From Patescibacteria group bacterium (GTDB lineage: Bacteria > Patescibacteriota > Microgenomatia > Daviesbacterales > UBA10151): a stretch of 50,095 bases of DNA. The notes under the pieces were generated by a model, which was not told the origin of the DNA, made no database searches, and saw only the letters and a program-made list of their open reading frames with translations. Below, one piece after another: positions 1 to 8,149 of the stretch. Position 1 is the first letter of the stretch. Each line of letters starts with the position of its first letter. The translations under genes were made by a program, and so were the position numbers. The stretch is taken from assembly GCA_038064895.1 (NCBI GenBank), contig JBBTSA010000005.1, positions 1-50,095 on the forward strand. The letters are read 5' to 3'.

Positions 1-396
1 ACCAGAATTATCCAGCAAGCAGCTTCTGGTATTTCTCCATTTGAAGTTACTCCGGCCTATATTGATGGGTTTCCAAACCTTCACCATCCCAATAATCTTT
101 GGGTTGGAGTAAAGGGAGATATAGATAAAGTTCTGCTAATAAGGGAAAAAATAAAAGATGGGCTGGAATATCTACATCTGCCTGTTGATGAAAGAAGATT
201 TGTGCCACACATAACAATAGCTAAATTTAGCACCCCGTTTAAAATAAGCAGAAAACTGGAGGTGGAACTGGAAAAAATCATGGCTCAAGCCTTTGATCCA
301 ATAAGGATATCATCAATCAAGTTATTTGAATCCATTCCCTCCGACGGCTTCCACAAACATAATACTCTAGCAGAAGTTAAATTGAATTCTAATTAA
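1..396 (+). CDS. thpR: RNA 2',3'-cyclic phosphodiesterase (2H family), 5'-truncated by window edge
   Basis: Frame is open from base 1 (TRIIQQAASGISPFEVTPAYIDGFPNLHHPNNLWVGV...DERRFVPHITIAK...), with the second HxT motif and the GFP...LWVG pattern. Confidence 0.88.
   Translation, partial: TRIIQQAASGISPFEVTPAYIDGFPNLHHPNNLWVGVKGDIDKVLLIREKIKDGLEYLHLPVDERRFVPHITIAKFSTPFKISRKLEVELEKIMAQAFDPIRISSIKLFESIPSDGFHKHNTLAEVKLNSN
346..383 (+). repeat. 38-bp direct repeat, copy 1 (3' end of thpR)
   Basis: ggcttccacaaacataatactctagcagaagttaaatt; 36/38 identical to 1140-1177. Confidence 0.95.
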
Positions 397-815
397 TATT
401 TTGTAATGGATTTTACTAGCTTACTTTTAGCTTTCTTTACTAAGTTTTCATCAGCTGTATAAAAAGGAATATTAAGATATTCTGCCAAAGCAATATATGA
501 TCCGTCATAGGATGAAATATTAAGATCAATTGCCATTTTTAATGCAGCCTCAAGAAGCTTTTTTGAATCATACACTATAAAATTAAGCTTTAAAAATGCA
601 CTGTAAAACTCCTGGGCTTTTTCTCCATTAATTCTCCCACTTAAAGTTGCAGATTTTAAAAGGTTATTAACTTCATAAAATAAAAGACTTGGAATATAAA
701 TTTCAATTTCTTTATCTCTAAAATCATCTTTAAGAATATCTGCTTTAAAGCTGGATTCGTCAGCTAGCAACCACTTAGCAACAACTGAGGCATCTATAAC
801 ACAGGATTTTTTCAC
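393..815 (-). CDS. vapC: PIN-domain toxin, VapC family
   Basis: VIDASVVAKW...E...SYD..YIALAE...FYTAD..L acidic PIN motifs. Confidence 0.92.
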   Translation of the reverse strand: MKKSCVIDASVVAKWLLADESSFKADILKDDFRDKEIEIYIPSLLFYEVNNLLKSATLSGRINGEKAQEFYSAFLKLNFIVYDSKKLLEAALKMAIDLNISSYDGSYIALAEYLNIPFYTADENLVKKAKSKLVKSITKY

Positions 816-1099
816 TTAAAATTTCTCAATATCCTATCTGCACGTTCCTGAAGTTCTCTTTTATTTTTTTCTACCAGGGCTTTGGTATTAATTTTACTAC
901 CCTTTAGGCTTTGTCTAAGTTTATCTATTTTATCCATAGCAGTTCTTTGGGGATCTAAATCAGTAATGTAACCAAACCCCTGGACCAAGGCTTCATTAAC
1001 TACTTCTTGTAAAGAAGTATTGGTGCGCAGAGCCAAAAGCTTTGACTGATCTAACAAATCCTTTCTAATTCTAATAGTAGTTCTTACCGTAGTTTGCAT
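812..1099 (-). CDS. Antitoxin, VapB-like (ribbon-helix-helix)
   Basis: VRTTIRIRKDLL N-terminus; 4-nt overlap with the downstream PIN gene. Confidence 0.75.
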   Translation of the reverse strand: MQTTVRTTIRIRKDLLDQSKLLALRTNTSLQEVVNEALVQGFGYITDLDPQRTAMDKIDKLRQSLKGSKINTKALVEKNKRELQERADRILRNFK

Positions 1100-1107
1100 A
1101 TATTTTA

Positions 1108-1136
1108 ACTATAGCATCAAGATGACAAGATGTCAA
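1108..1136 (-). promoter_or_regulatory. Sigma70 promoter of the TA operon, likely leaderless
   Basis: TTGACA-N17-TATAGT, 8 nt before the ATG at 1099. Confidence 0.75.
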
Positions 1137-1139
1137 CAA

Positions 1140-1177
1140 GGCTTCCACAAACATAATACCCTAGCAGAAGTAAAATT
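1140..1177 (+). repeat. 38-bp direct repeat, copy 2 (displaced thpR 3' end)
   Basis: ggcttccacaaacataataccctagcagaagtaaaatt; reads GFHKHNTLAEVKLGL*. Confidence 0.95.
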
Positions 1178-1208
1178 AGGCCTATAGGTTGCAAATTAAC
1201 TACACGTA

Positions 1209-2162
1209 GTGTATGCTTATACGCTTATGGAAAAAATACCTCCGCATGATCATTTAATAATTAAAGGGGTTATTAGTGCCTTATCTAAAGAGAAGGAGCC
1301 TTTAACAGCACTTACCTATTATGATCCTGCTGAACCTTTTCTACCATTTTCAAATACTCGAAGAGGTAGATTTAATGTTGAAGGTAAAATTTTACAAATA
1401 TTAGGCGTGCCCCCTGAACAAATAGCCAACTTAACTTCTAATCAGGTTAGAGCTACACTCGCTGACGGTCTTGTAGGAAGTTCTGTCCTACAAGGAGGAT
1501 TTCTACCTTTCTTTGATAGTAAGAGTTTTGCATTACAGTATCGTAATGGTCCAGAAGTAGCCAGAATACTACGAGATCCTAACACAGCTTTAGTACAAAG
1601 AGCAGGAGAGATAGCAAATTTGGCAGAGTTGGTATCAAGATATTCAGATGAAATAAGCAGCAGTATTGAACCTGCTAAAGGACCTCAAGGAATGCTTTAT
1701 GCCAGTAATGTTTTTGCCTCCAAATTACTGATGGCAGCAGTTGCATACTTCCAAGGGCCTCCTGCGTATAACAAAGACATACGTCATTACGCAAATTTTA
1801 CAGCCCAAGCTGTTATCAGAAACGTCACTCAAGATCTACCTCCCCACATTCAGGATATAGCATGCTGGGCAGCTAATGAGCTTCAGATAATAGGATATGA
1901 CGGACGTATAACTGCCCTGGTACGTGATCCTGTAGAGGGAGTTATAGAAGTTAAAAGTGAGTTATTTTTCCTCCCACTTTTAGTAGATCCAGAAGGACAG
2001 CCATTAACCTTAGGGTATTTAAGAGATTACACAATGAAAGGATGGGAAAGAAACCTTACTCCCGGAGCTATGAATAGGAATAGAAAAAGATTCTTTGGTA
2101 TGGTGGCTGAAAGACGTGCAGAACTCAAGAAAGCTAGAGAGCAATCAAATCCCTCAACCTAA
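1209..2162 (+). CDS. Hypothetical protein (start probably ATG 1227)
   Basis: 317-codon ORF; TTGCAA-N17-TATGCT at 1189-1217; no family recognised. Confidence 0.7.
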   Translation: MYAYTLMEKIPPHDHLIIKGVISALSKEKEPLTALTYYDPAEPFLPFSNTRRGRFNVEGKILQILGVPPEQIANLTSNQVRATLADGLVGSSVLQGGFLPFFDSKSFALQYRNGPEVARILRDPNTALVQRAGEIANLAELVSRYSDEISSSIEPAKGPQGMLYASNVFASKLLMAAVAYFQGPPAYNKDIRHYANFTAQAVIRNVTQDLPPHIQDIACWAANELQIIGYDGRITALVRDPVEGVIEVKSELFFLPLLVDPEGQPLTLGYLRDYTMKGWERNLTPGAMNRNRKRFFGMVAERRAELKKAREQSNPST

Positions 2163-2287
2163 ATTGACTCCAATTTTCCACACCCCCTTTTCCCTAAAGC
2201 TGGGTATTGTTTGTCTTTTGGCCACCAGATTCACGTCTTTTTGTCAATTTAACGTGAATTTATCTGATTTTAGGGATATATTCACGT
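2154..2287 (-). pseudogene. Relic of a Fic-gene paralog: promoter/operator fused to the last ~23 codons
   Basis: 2154-2225 reads VAKRQTIPSFREKGVWKIGVNLG*, like the Fic C-terminus AAKRQTIPAFREKGVWSIGIK*; 2229-2287 aligns without gaps to 4405-4463. Confidence 0.85.
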
Positions 2288-2326
2288 TTTTTGTGGCTAG
2301 CTGAAGTTAAATTGGACTTCTTCTTC

Positions 2327-2355
2327 TTGACAAAAGCTTAACTTTATCCTAACCT
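2327..2355 (+). promoter_or_regulatory. Sigma70 promoter
   Basis: TTGACA-N17-TAACCT. Confidence 0.6.
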
Positions 2356-2368
2356 TATATCAATCATG

Positions 2369-2396
2369 CCGAGGACAAATAGGTCCTTGGTTTTTT
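2369..2396 (+). terminator. Intrinsic terminator-like hairpin in the leader of the 2405 ORF
   Basis: ccgaggac-aaatag-gtccttgg followed by T6. Confidence 0.5.
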
Positions 2397-2404
2397 AAAA
2401 GATT

Positions 2405-2668
2405 ATGCCAGGACCGGAATCAAATCCAGAAACCAGACAAGAAAAAGCCTTCGGTGGAGCCCGGCGAGGTTTACCAAATCTGGGAGCTAGAGGGGATCAG
2501 TTAAGAGATGCTCATTTAAATGGGGGTTTATCTCCAGATACACCAATAGAAAACCTACAAACCTATCTTGGTGTGGATAAACCATTTAGCGGATCCTCAA
2601 GGAATTTGAGAAATCCGCATTTTAAACTACCTAAAACTAAACCAGGAGAAGAAATTACTTTTATATAA
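2405..2668 (+). CDS. Small hypothetical protein
   Basis: 87-aa ORF downstream of a promoter. Confidence 0.5.
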   Translation: MPGPESNPETRQEKAFGGARRGLPNLGARGDQLRDAHLNGGLSPDTPIENLQTYLGVDKPFSGSSRNLRNPHFKLPKTKPGEEITFI

Positions 2669-2690
2669 GTGGAATAGTTTTATATCAATA

Positions 2691-3518
2691 TCAAGTAGGC
2701 AGAAAATAAATGTCCTTATGATACCTTTCATCCGTAAATTGAAACTCACCCCTTCCATCTAGAATAGCCTGATAAGCAATACAGTCACATTTTCCTTTTT
2801 CATTACATACCCAACTCTTGGTTACAATTGCCCCCTTAACCTCTTTTGCCTTTTCTGTAAGCCACTCTAGTCTAGGCTCAAGTGCATCCAAAACAATCTC
2901 TCTTGGTGCATCGTCCCTATCCAAATACCAGAAGCTTGCAGCAGATACACTTTTCCCAAAATTAGCTTCTGCTAAAATTGCATAAATATAAAGCTGCAAA
3001 GGATCTTTTTCATCATTTACTCCTGTTTTAAAATCGCAAACATGCAAAGTTCCGTCCTGCCTTTCTCCTATAAAATCAAAATTCCCCATAAGTATCACAT
3101 CTTCAAAAAGATTAAGTTTTGGAAAATCTATTTTGTGGGTAATTTTTTCAAGCCTTTTTGCATTTTTAAAAAAATTATCAAGCATTTTTATGCCTCTTTT
3201 CCCAAATACAGCTTCATCTTCTCTTGTGGCAAAACCTCCGCGCTTTCCAGAGTATTTAAGCCAAAAATTCCTGAATTTTTTTTCAAGCTGATCATAAGTT
3301 ATTTGTCCATCCATCTCTATGTACCACTTGACACTGTCATGAACAGTTGAACCTAAAGAAAGATAAGGGGATGCAACCTGGATCCTATTACCTGTTTTTT
3401 TATCCCTATAAAGATTTTTAAAATAATAAGTCCTAGGACATTTTAAAAAATCAGATAAAGATGTATAGGAAATAAAAATAGGATTTTTAATATAATCAGT
3501 TTTAGATTTAGTAATCAT
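2691..3518 (-). CDS. PD-(D/E)XK nuclease, RecB/AddB-like
   Basis: ISYTSLSDFLKCPRTYY, GSTVH, GNFD...VCDFKTG, QLYIYA; start 3518 gives an ATGA overlap with the Fic stop. Confidence 0.85.
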   Translation of the reverse strand: MITKSKTDYIKNPIFISYTSLSDFLKCPRTYYFKNLYRDKKTGNRIQVASPYLSLGSTVHDSVKWYIEMDGQITYDQLEKKFRNFWLKYSGKRGGFATREDEAVFGKRGIKMLDNFFKNAKRLEKITHKIDFPKLNLFEDVILMGNFDFIGERQDGTLHVCDFKTGVNDEKDPLQLYIYAILAEANFGKSVSAASFWYLDRDDAPREIVLDALEPRLEWLTEKAKEVKGAIVTKSWVCNEKGKCDCIAYQAILDGRGEFQFTDERYHKDIYFLPT

Positions 3519-4387
3519 TTGATCCCTATACTCCAAACTCCTTTTTCTCTAAAGGCTGGGATCGTCTGACGTTTGGCTGCATTTAAAACTGCTGAAGGAC
3601 TCATATTGGATTTTCTAGCATATTCCATAAGTTCTATAACATCCATACCTTTAAGATAAGCTATTCTTTTGTGTAAAGCTTCTAAGAGGGCTAAAGTAAC
3701 TATACGTTCCATTATTTTGGTATTTTTGCTATCACGGTATGCAACAAAACCACGGTAATAATTTTTCTGTTCTTTATGCCGGATGATAATACCCGGAAAT
3801 CCCAAGCTGTACAATTGGTAGTTTATCAATACACGTCCTATTCTACCGTTACCATCAAGAAATGGATGAATATTCTCAAAATCAAGATGGAATTTGGCAA
3901 TTTTATCGGTAAAGTAGAGCCTAAGATCAGATGAGAATTCAATTAAAATATCTTCAATCCTCCTTTCAATATGCTCCGGAGGCAAAGCTATATGAGTACC
4001 GATTCGGACATACTCATTTTTTTTTCTAAACCTTCCGGCAATACTTTCATCAATATTACCTAAAAACATCTGGTGATAGAGTAAGACTTTTTCTTTTGAT
4101 AAATCTTCTTTCTGCAATTTTCGTATATATTCCATCACCCTAGCTAAATTCTTTGCCTCAAAAACTTCTCTTAAAGAAAGATTGCCTGATAATTCCATCT
4201 CAAGAAGAATTTTTTCAGTTTCTTTCAAGGTTAGGGTTGAATTTTCTATAGCATTTGAGTTATAAACACTTTCCGGAACTTCTGCTTCATCTATTATCTT
4301 AAGCAGGGACTCCTTACCCGATTTTAGACGGTCAAACTCGCTTTTAAGTCTTTCAATTCTATTTTTAATTGGAAGAGGGGTTGCCAT
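3515..4387 (-). CDS. Fic-domain protein with C-terminal HTH-like tail
   Basis: HPFLDGNGRIGR catalytic motif and SNAIEN inhibitory-helix-like motif; start moved to ATG 4387 behind the promoter. Confidence 0.93.
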   Translation of the reverse strand: MATPLPIKNRIERLKSEFDRLKSGKESLLKIIDEAEVPESVYNSNAIENSTLTLKETEKILLEMELSGNLSLREVFEAKNLARVMEYIRKLQKEDLSKEKVLLYHQMFLGNIDESIAGRFRKKNEYVRIGTHIALPPEHIERRIEDILIEFSSDLRLYFTDKIAKFHLDFENIHPFLDGNGRIGRVLINYQLYSLGFPGIIIRHKEQKNYYRGFVAYRDSKNTKIMERIVTLALLEALHKRIAYLKGMDVIELMEYARKSNMSPSAVLNAAKRQTIPAFREKGVWSIGIK

Positions 4388-4394
4388 AGAATTT

Positions 4395-4463
4395 ATTATA
4401 TCAAATTCACTTACTTTTGTCAATTTAGCGTGAATTTATCCCGAAAGTGATCTAAATTCACGT
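4395..4463 (-). promoter_or_regulatory. Fic promoter with three ATTCAC(G) operator-like boxes
   Basis: TTGACA(4423-4418)-N17-TATAAT(4400-4395); attcac/gtgaat boxes at 4405, 4430 and 4456. Confidence 0.75.
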
Positions 4464-4479
4464 ATGCTACAATACAACA

Positions 4480-5553
4480 ATGGTTATTTTAGGTATAGAA
4501 ACTTCCTGTGATGAAACTGGGGCAGCTGTTTTGTCCTTCGACTCCGCTCAGGATAATAAGAACAAAAAAGGTATAAGGATTCTTTCCAACATAGTTGCCT
4601 CATCAGCTTCTATTCAGGCCAAATACGGAGGAGTGATTCCAGAACAAGCAGCTAGAGAACAGATTAAGGCAATAATTCCTGTAATACAGGAAACACTTCG
4701 ACAAGCTCAGTGCAGTCCTGAAGGACTGGCTGCTATAGCGGTAACGTATGGACCAGGATTAATTGGATCACTTTTAGTAGGAGTTGAAACAGCAAAAACT
4801 TTGGCCACGGTCTGGAACAAGCCACTTATTCCTGTAAACCATCTTATTGGTCATTTTTATGCAAACTTTATCCAAGCAGAACACCTCCGAGGTGTGCGTA
4901 AGGTGACAGCTAAAATTCACCTCGGAGGTGAAGCGCCATCTTTCCCATGTATAGGTTTACTAGTCTCAGGTGGCCATACAGATTTGGTGCTATTCACAGA
5001 TCATGGAAAGTATAAATATTTAGGTGGAACAAGAGATGATGCTGCTGGGGAATGTTTTGATAAATGTGCAAGGCTTTTGGGCCTTCCATATCCGGGTGGA
5101 CCTGAAATTTCCAAATTAGCCTTAAAAGGTGATCCAAAGGCTTTTGATCTACCAAGACCCATGATAGATTCAAAAAACTTTGACTTTTCTTTTTCCGGCC
5201 TGAAAACTGCTGTAGCCAAACTCACCTCCGAGGAGTCAAAGCCCACCTCGGAGGTGTTGCCTGGTTTAGCTGCATCCATTGAAGCTGCTATTGTTGATGT
5301 TCTAGTCTCAAAAACTATCAGAGCAGCCCAAGTCTACAAGGTAAAACAAATTATGATCGCAGGCGGTGTAGCTGCCAACAGGAGGTTAGTTCACAGGTTA
5401 CAGGTTACAGTAGGTAGATTGAAAATTAAACTTCATGTCCCCCCGCCAGAGCTCTGTACTGATAATGGTGCCATGATAGCAGCCGCAGGATTCTTTACTA
5501 GTCCCACCAAAGATCCTCTAACCTTACAAGCAGACCCAAACCTTGCGCTCTAA
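4480..5553 (+). CDS. tsaD: tRNA N6-adenosine threonylcarbamoyltransferase
   Basis: ILGIETSCDET, HLIGH, SGGHT, DDAAGE.FDK, FSFSGLKT, CTDNGAMIA. Confidence 0.98.
   Translation: MVILGIETSCDETGAAVLSFDSAQDNKNKKGIRILSNIVASSASIQAKYGGVIPEQAAREQIKAIIPVIQETLRQAQCSPEGLAAIAVTYGPGLIGSLLVGVETAKTLATVWNKPLIPVNHLIGHFYANFIQAEHLRGVRKVTAKIHLGGEAPSFPCIGLLVSGGHTDLVLFTDHGKYKYLGGTRDDAAGECFDKCARLLGLPYPGGPEISKLALKGDPKAFDLPRPMIDSKNFDFSFSGLKTAVAKLTSEESKPTSEVLPGLAASIEAAIVDVLVSKTIRAAQVYKVKQIMIAGGVAANRRLVHRLQVTVGRLKIKLHVPPPELCTDNGAMIAAAGFFTSPTKDPLTLQADPNLAL
4531..4556 (+). repeat. Palindromic element (cttcgactccgctcag family), in frame in tsaD
   Basis: ttgtccttcgactccgctcaggataa = LSFDSAQDN; relatives at 4694, 29508, 29561. 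Confidence 0.8.
4694..4712 (+). repeat. Palindromic element, in frame in tsaD
   Basis: cacttcgacaagctcagtg = TLRQAQC. Confidence 0.75.
4881..4932. repeat. Inverted pair of CACCTCCGAGGTG palindromes in tsaD
   Basis: acacctccgaggtgt ... ttcacctcggaggtgaa. Confidence 0.85.
5223..5256. repeat. Second inverted pair of CACCTCCGAGG palindromes in tsaD
   Basis: cacctccgaggag ... cacctcggaggtg, in a different reading frame from the first pair. Confidence 0.85.
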
Positions 5554-5578
5554 AGCTTAAGCCAATATACTTAACCTC

Positions 5579-7783
5579 ATGGATAAAGTATATGACCAAA
5601 AAGAGGTTGAGGGAAAATGGTATAAATTCTGGGAAGAAAATGGGTATTTTAAGGCCGATCCAGAATCTTCTAAAAAACCCTACGGCCTTTTAATGCCTCC
5701 GCCAAATGTTACAGGTGAACTTCATCTAGGCCATGCTATGGAGCATTCAATCATGGATGCTATTGCCAGATTTAAGAGAATGCAAGGATATGATGTCTTA
5801 CTTTTACCAGGAGTTGACCATGCAGGGATTCAGTTTGAAGGAACTTTAAATAAAATTTTAGAAAAAGAGGGAATCTCCAGAGTGAAACTTGGGAGAGATG
5901 CTTGGCTAAAACGTGCCTGGAAATTTAAAGATGAGGTTTATAAATCCGTATCTGCTACATGGAGAACCATGGGTTTATCAGCTGACTGGTCAAGAGAAGT
6001 TTTTACACTTGATCCTAAGGTTGCCGAAGCAGTCTTATATGAATTTCAAACATTTTTTGATCAAGATCTGCTTTATAAGGGTGCTTATATAGTTCAATGG
6101 TGCCCAAAAGATAGAACAGCCATAGAAGATGTAGAAATGGAATATGAAGAGCGAAAAGAAAAGTTTTATTACATTAATTACCCATTTGCTGATGATTCAA
6201 AAAAGTTTATAACAATAGCAACTGTTAGGCCGGAAACTATGTTTTCAGATGTTGCAGTAGCTGTTAATCCAAAGGATAAAAGATACAAGAGCCTAATTGG
6301 CAAAAAAGTTATTGTTCCGCTTATTAACCGCGAGGTCCCAATAATTGGGGATTCCTCAATTGATATGAAACTTGGAAGCGGAGCGTTAAAAGTTGATCCT
6401 CCACATTCATTAATTGATTATGAAATTGGCAAGAAAAATAACCTGCAAATTATTCCTGTTATAGGAAAAGACGGCAGGCTAAATGAAAATGCAGGTAAAT
6501 TTGCAGGTCAAAATGCACAGGAAGTTAGAAAAATCATAACTTCCGAACTGGAAAAACAAGGCCTCATGGCTAAAGTTTTGGATATAATCCATGCTGTTCC
6601 TGTTTGTGAAAGATGTAAAGCAACTATTGAACCTCTTATTTCCGAGGAGTGGTTTGTTAAGATAAAACCTTTGGCAGACAAGGCTTTAAAAAAGATTAAT
6701 GAGATCAATTTTGTACCTAAGAATTACCAGAAAATTTTATCTGTCTGGATGGAGGAAATTCACGATTGGTGCATCTCAAGACCTCTTTGGTGGGGATACA
6801 GAATTCCTGTTTGGTATTGCCAAAAGTGTAATCCAAACCATGAGGTTGAAAAAAACAAGGATATGGTTATTTCCATGGAAAAACCTGGCAAAAATTGTCA
6901 GACATGTAGGGAGAAACACTGGGTTCAAGAAGAGGCTTTACTTGATACCTGGTTTTCATCAGGCCTTTGGCCTTTAGGCACTTTAGGCTGGCCCGCTTCG
7001 CGAGGCGAGCCGGATAAGTCAAAAGAATTTGAAAAATATTTCCCTTGGGATTTTGAAACCTCAGCAGGTGAAATAAAATTCCTCTGGATTGCCAGAATGA
7101 TTATGCTTTCTGTTTGGTTTACAGATAAAATCCCATTTAAAAATCAGTTTTTCCATGGAATGTTACGAGATCTAAAAGGAAGAAAGTTTTCCAAATCTTT
7201 GGGCAATGGTATTGATCCTAATAAGTTAAGGCAAGATTGGGGCATTGATGCTACTAGAATGGCTCTTTATACCTATTCTGCCCCGGGCAGAGATGGTAGA
7301 GTTTCAAAACAGACAATGGATGAACGGGCTAAAAACTTTAGAAATTTTTCTACAAAGCTTAAAAATATAGCCAGGTTTATTGTGGACTTGGCTCCGGCAG
7401 AGATTGCTTCGTCGAAGACTCCTCGCAATGACGTCATTGCGACCCCGGACTTGATCCGGGGGAAGCAATCTCAAAATAAAGATGATAAGGAAATTGTAGA
7501 AAAACTTGACAGGGTAATAAGTGTTGTTACTAGGAACATTGATAGTTTCCAGCTTCATTTGGCCTCAGAAGCCTTATATGAATTTATATGGCATGAGTTT
7601 GCGGATAAATATATAGAGGCAACTAAAAATAGAAGGACTGAAGCTCAACCTGTTTTGGAATATGTTTTCAGAACCAGTCTGGAACTGCTTCATCCTTTTA
7701 TGCCTTTCATAACTGAGGAATTATGGCAAAAGTTACCTCACGAGGGGAAGTCTATAATGGTTTCAAAATGGCCAAAAATTTAA
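5579..7783 (+). CDS. valS: Valine--tRNA ligase (short form)
   Basis: PPPNVTGELHLGH, DWCISR.LWWG, LDTWFSS, KFSKSLGN, LHPFMPFITEELW. Confidence 0.97.
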   Translation: MDKVYDQKEVEGKWYKFWEENGYFKADPESSKKPYGLLMPPPNVTGELHLGHAMEHSIMDAIARFKRMQGYDVLLLPGVDHAGIQFEGTLNKILEKEGISRVKLGRDAWLKRAWKFKDEVYKSVSATWRTMGLSADWSREVFTLDPKVAEAVLYEFQTFFDQDLLYKGAYIVQWCPKDRTAIEDVEMEYEERKEKFYYINYPFADDSKKFITIATVRPETMFSDVAVAVNPKDKRYKSLIGKKVIVPLINREVPIIGDSSIDMKLGSGALKVDPPHSLIDYEIGKKNNLQIIPVIGKDGRLNENAGKFAGQNAQEVRKIITSELEKQGLMAKVLDIIHAVPVCERCKATIEPLISEEWFVKIKPLADKALKKINEINFVPKNYQKILSVWMEEIHDWCISRPLWWGYRIPVWYCQKCNPNHEVEKNKDMVISMEKPGKNCQTCREKHWVQEEALLDTWFSSGLWPLGTLGWPASRGEPDKSKEFEKYFPWDFETSAGEIKFLWIARMIMLSVWFTDKIPFKNQFFHGMLRDLKGRKFSKSLGNGIDPNKLRQDWGIDATRMALYTYSAPGRDGRVSKQTMDERAKNFRNFSTKLKNIARFIVDLAPAEIASSKTPRNDVIATPDLIRGKQSQNKDDKEIVEKLDRVISVVTRNIDSFQLHLASEALYEFIWHEFADKYIEATKNRRTEAQPVLEYVFRTSLELLHPFMPFITEELWQKLPHEGKSIMVSKWPKI
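6988..7013 (+). repeat. GC-rich palindromic element, in frame in valS
   Basis: ctggcccgcttcgcgaggcgagccgg = WPASRGEP; related to 28803-28842. Confidence 0.8.
7400..7472. repeat. 73-bp composite palindrome, in frame in valS
   Basis: Terminal IR gagattgcttc/gaagcaatctc with inner tcgcaatgacgtcattgcga and ccccggacttgatccgggg. Confidence 0.92.
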
Positions 7784-7832
7784 GGTTTTGAGGCTAAATC
7801 CCCGCAAAATTAACGCAAATTTAACGAATTAA

Positions 7833-8141
7833 TTATAATTCTTGTGATGCAGGATCAGTTATCTCTTCTAAAGAAGGTCTAAATAATCTGCCTAACACCA
7901 CAATCGCCCCAGAGACATTGGTAAAACCTGAGGAATCTGACCACTTTCTCTCTTCTAGTCCAGCTAATCTTCTAAACTGAAAATCCATCTCCGGGTCAGA
8001 CCTATCCGGATCGTAAACATCCAGTACAAATCTGTTTACCAACTCTTCCGGTGAAAGATCTCTAATTACACTATAATCCGGCAGACCTTCAGGAAATGGC
8101 ATTACAAGATTATCGTACTCACAACTTTGGAGAGTTGTCAA
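7833..8141 (-). CDS. Small hypothetical protein (start probably ATG 8102)
   Basis: ORF fills the valS-rplY gap; no family recognised. Confidence 0.5.
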   Translation of the reverse strand: MTTLQSCEYDNLVMPFPEGLPDYSVIRDLSPEELVNRFVLDVYDPDRSDPEMDFQFRRLAGLEERKWSDSSGFTNVSGAIVVLGRLFRPSLEEITDPASQEL

Positions 8142-8149
8142 ATCTTAAC

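Noticed and set aside
2691-3518. PD-(D/E)XK nuclease as Cas4 of a CRISPR system
   Set aside because: No cas1/cas2 and no repeat-spacer array anywhere in the window; the motifs fit a stand-alone RecB-like nuclease.
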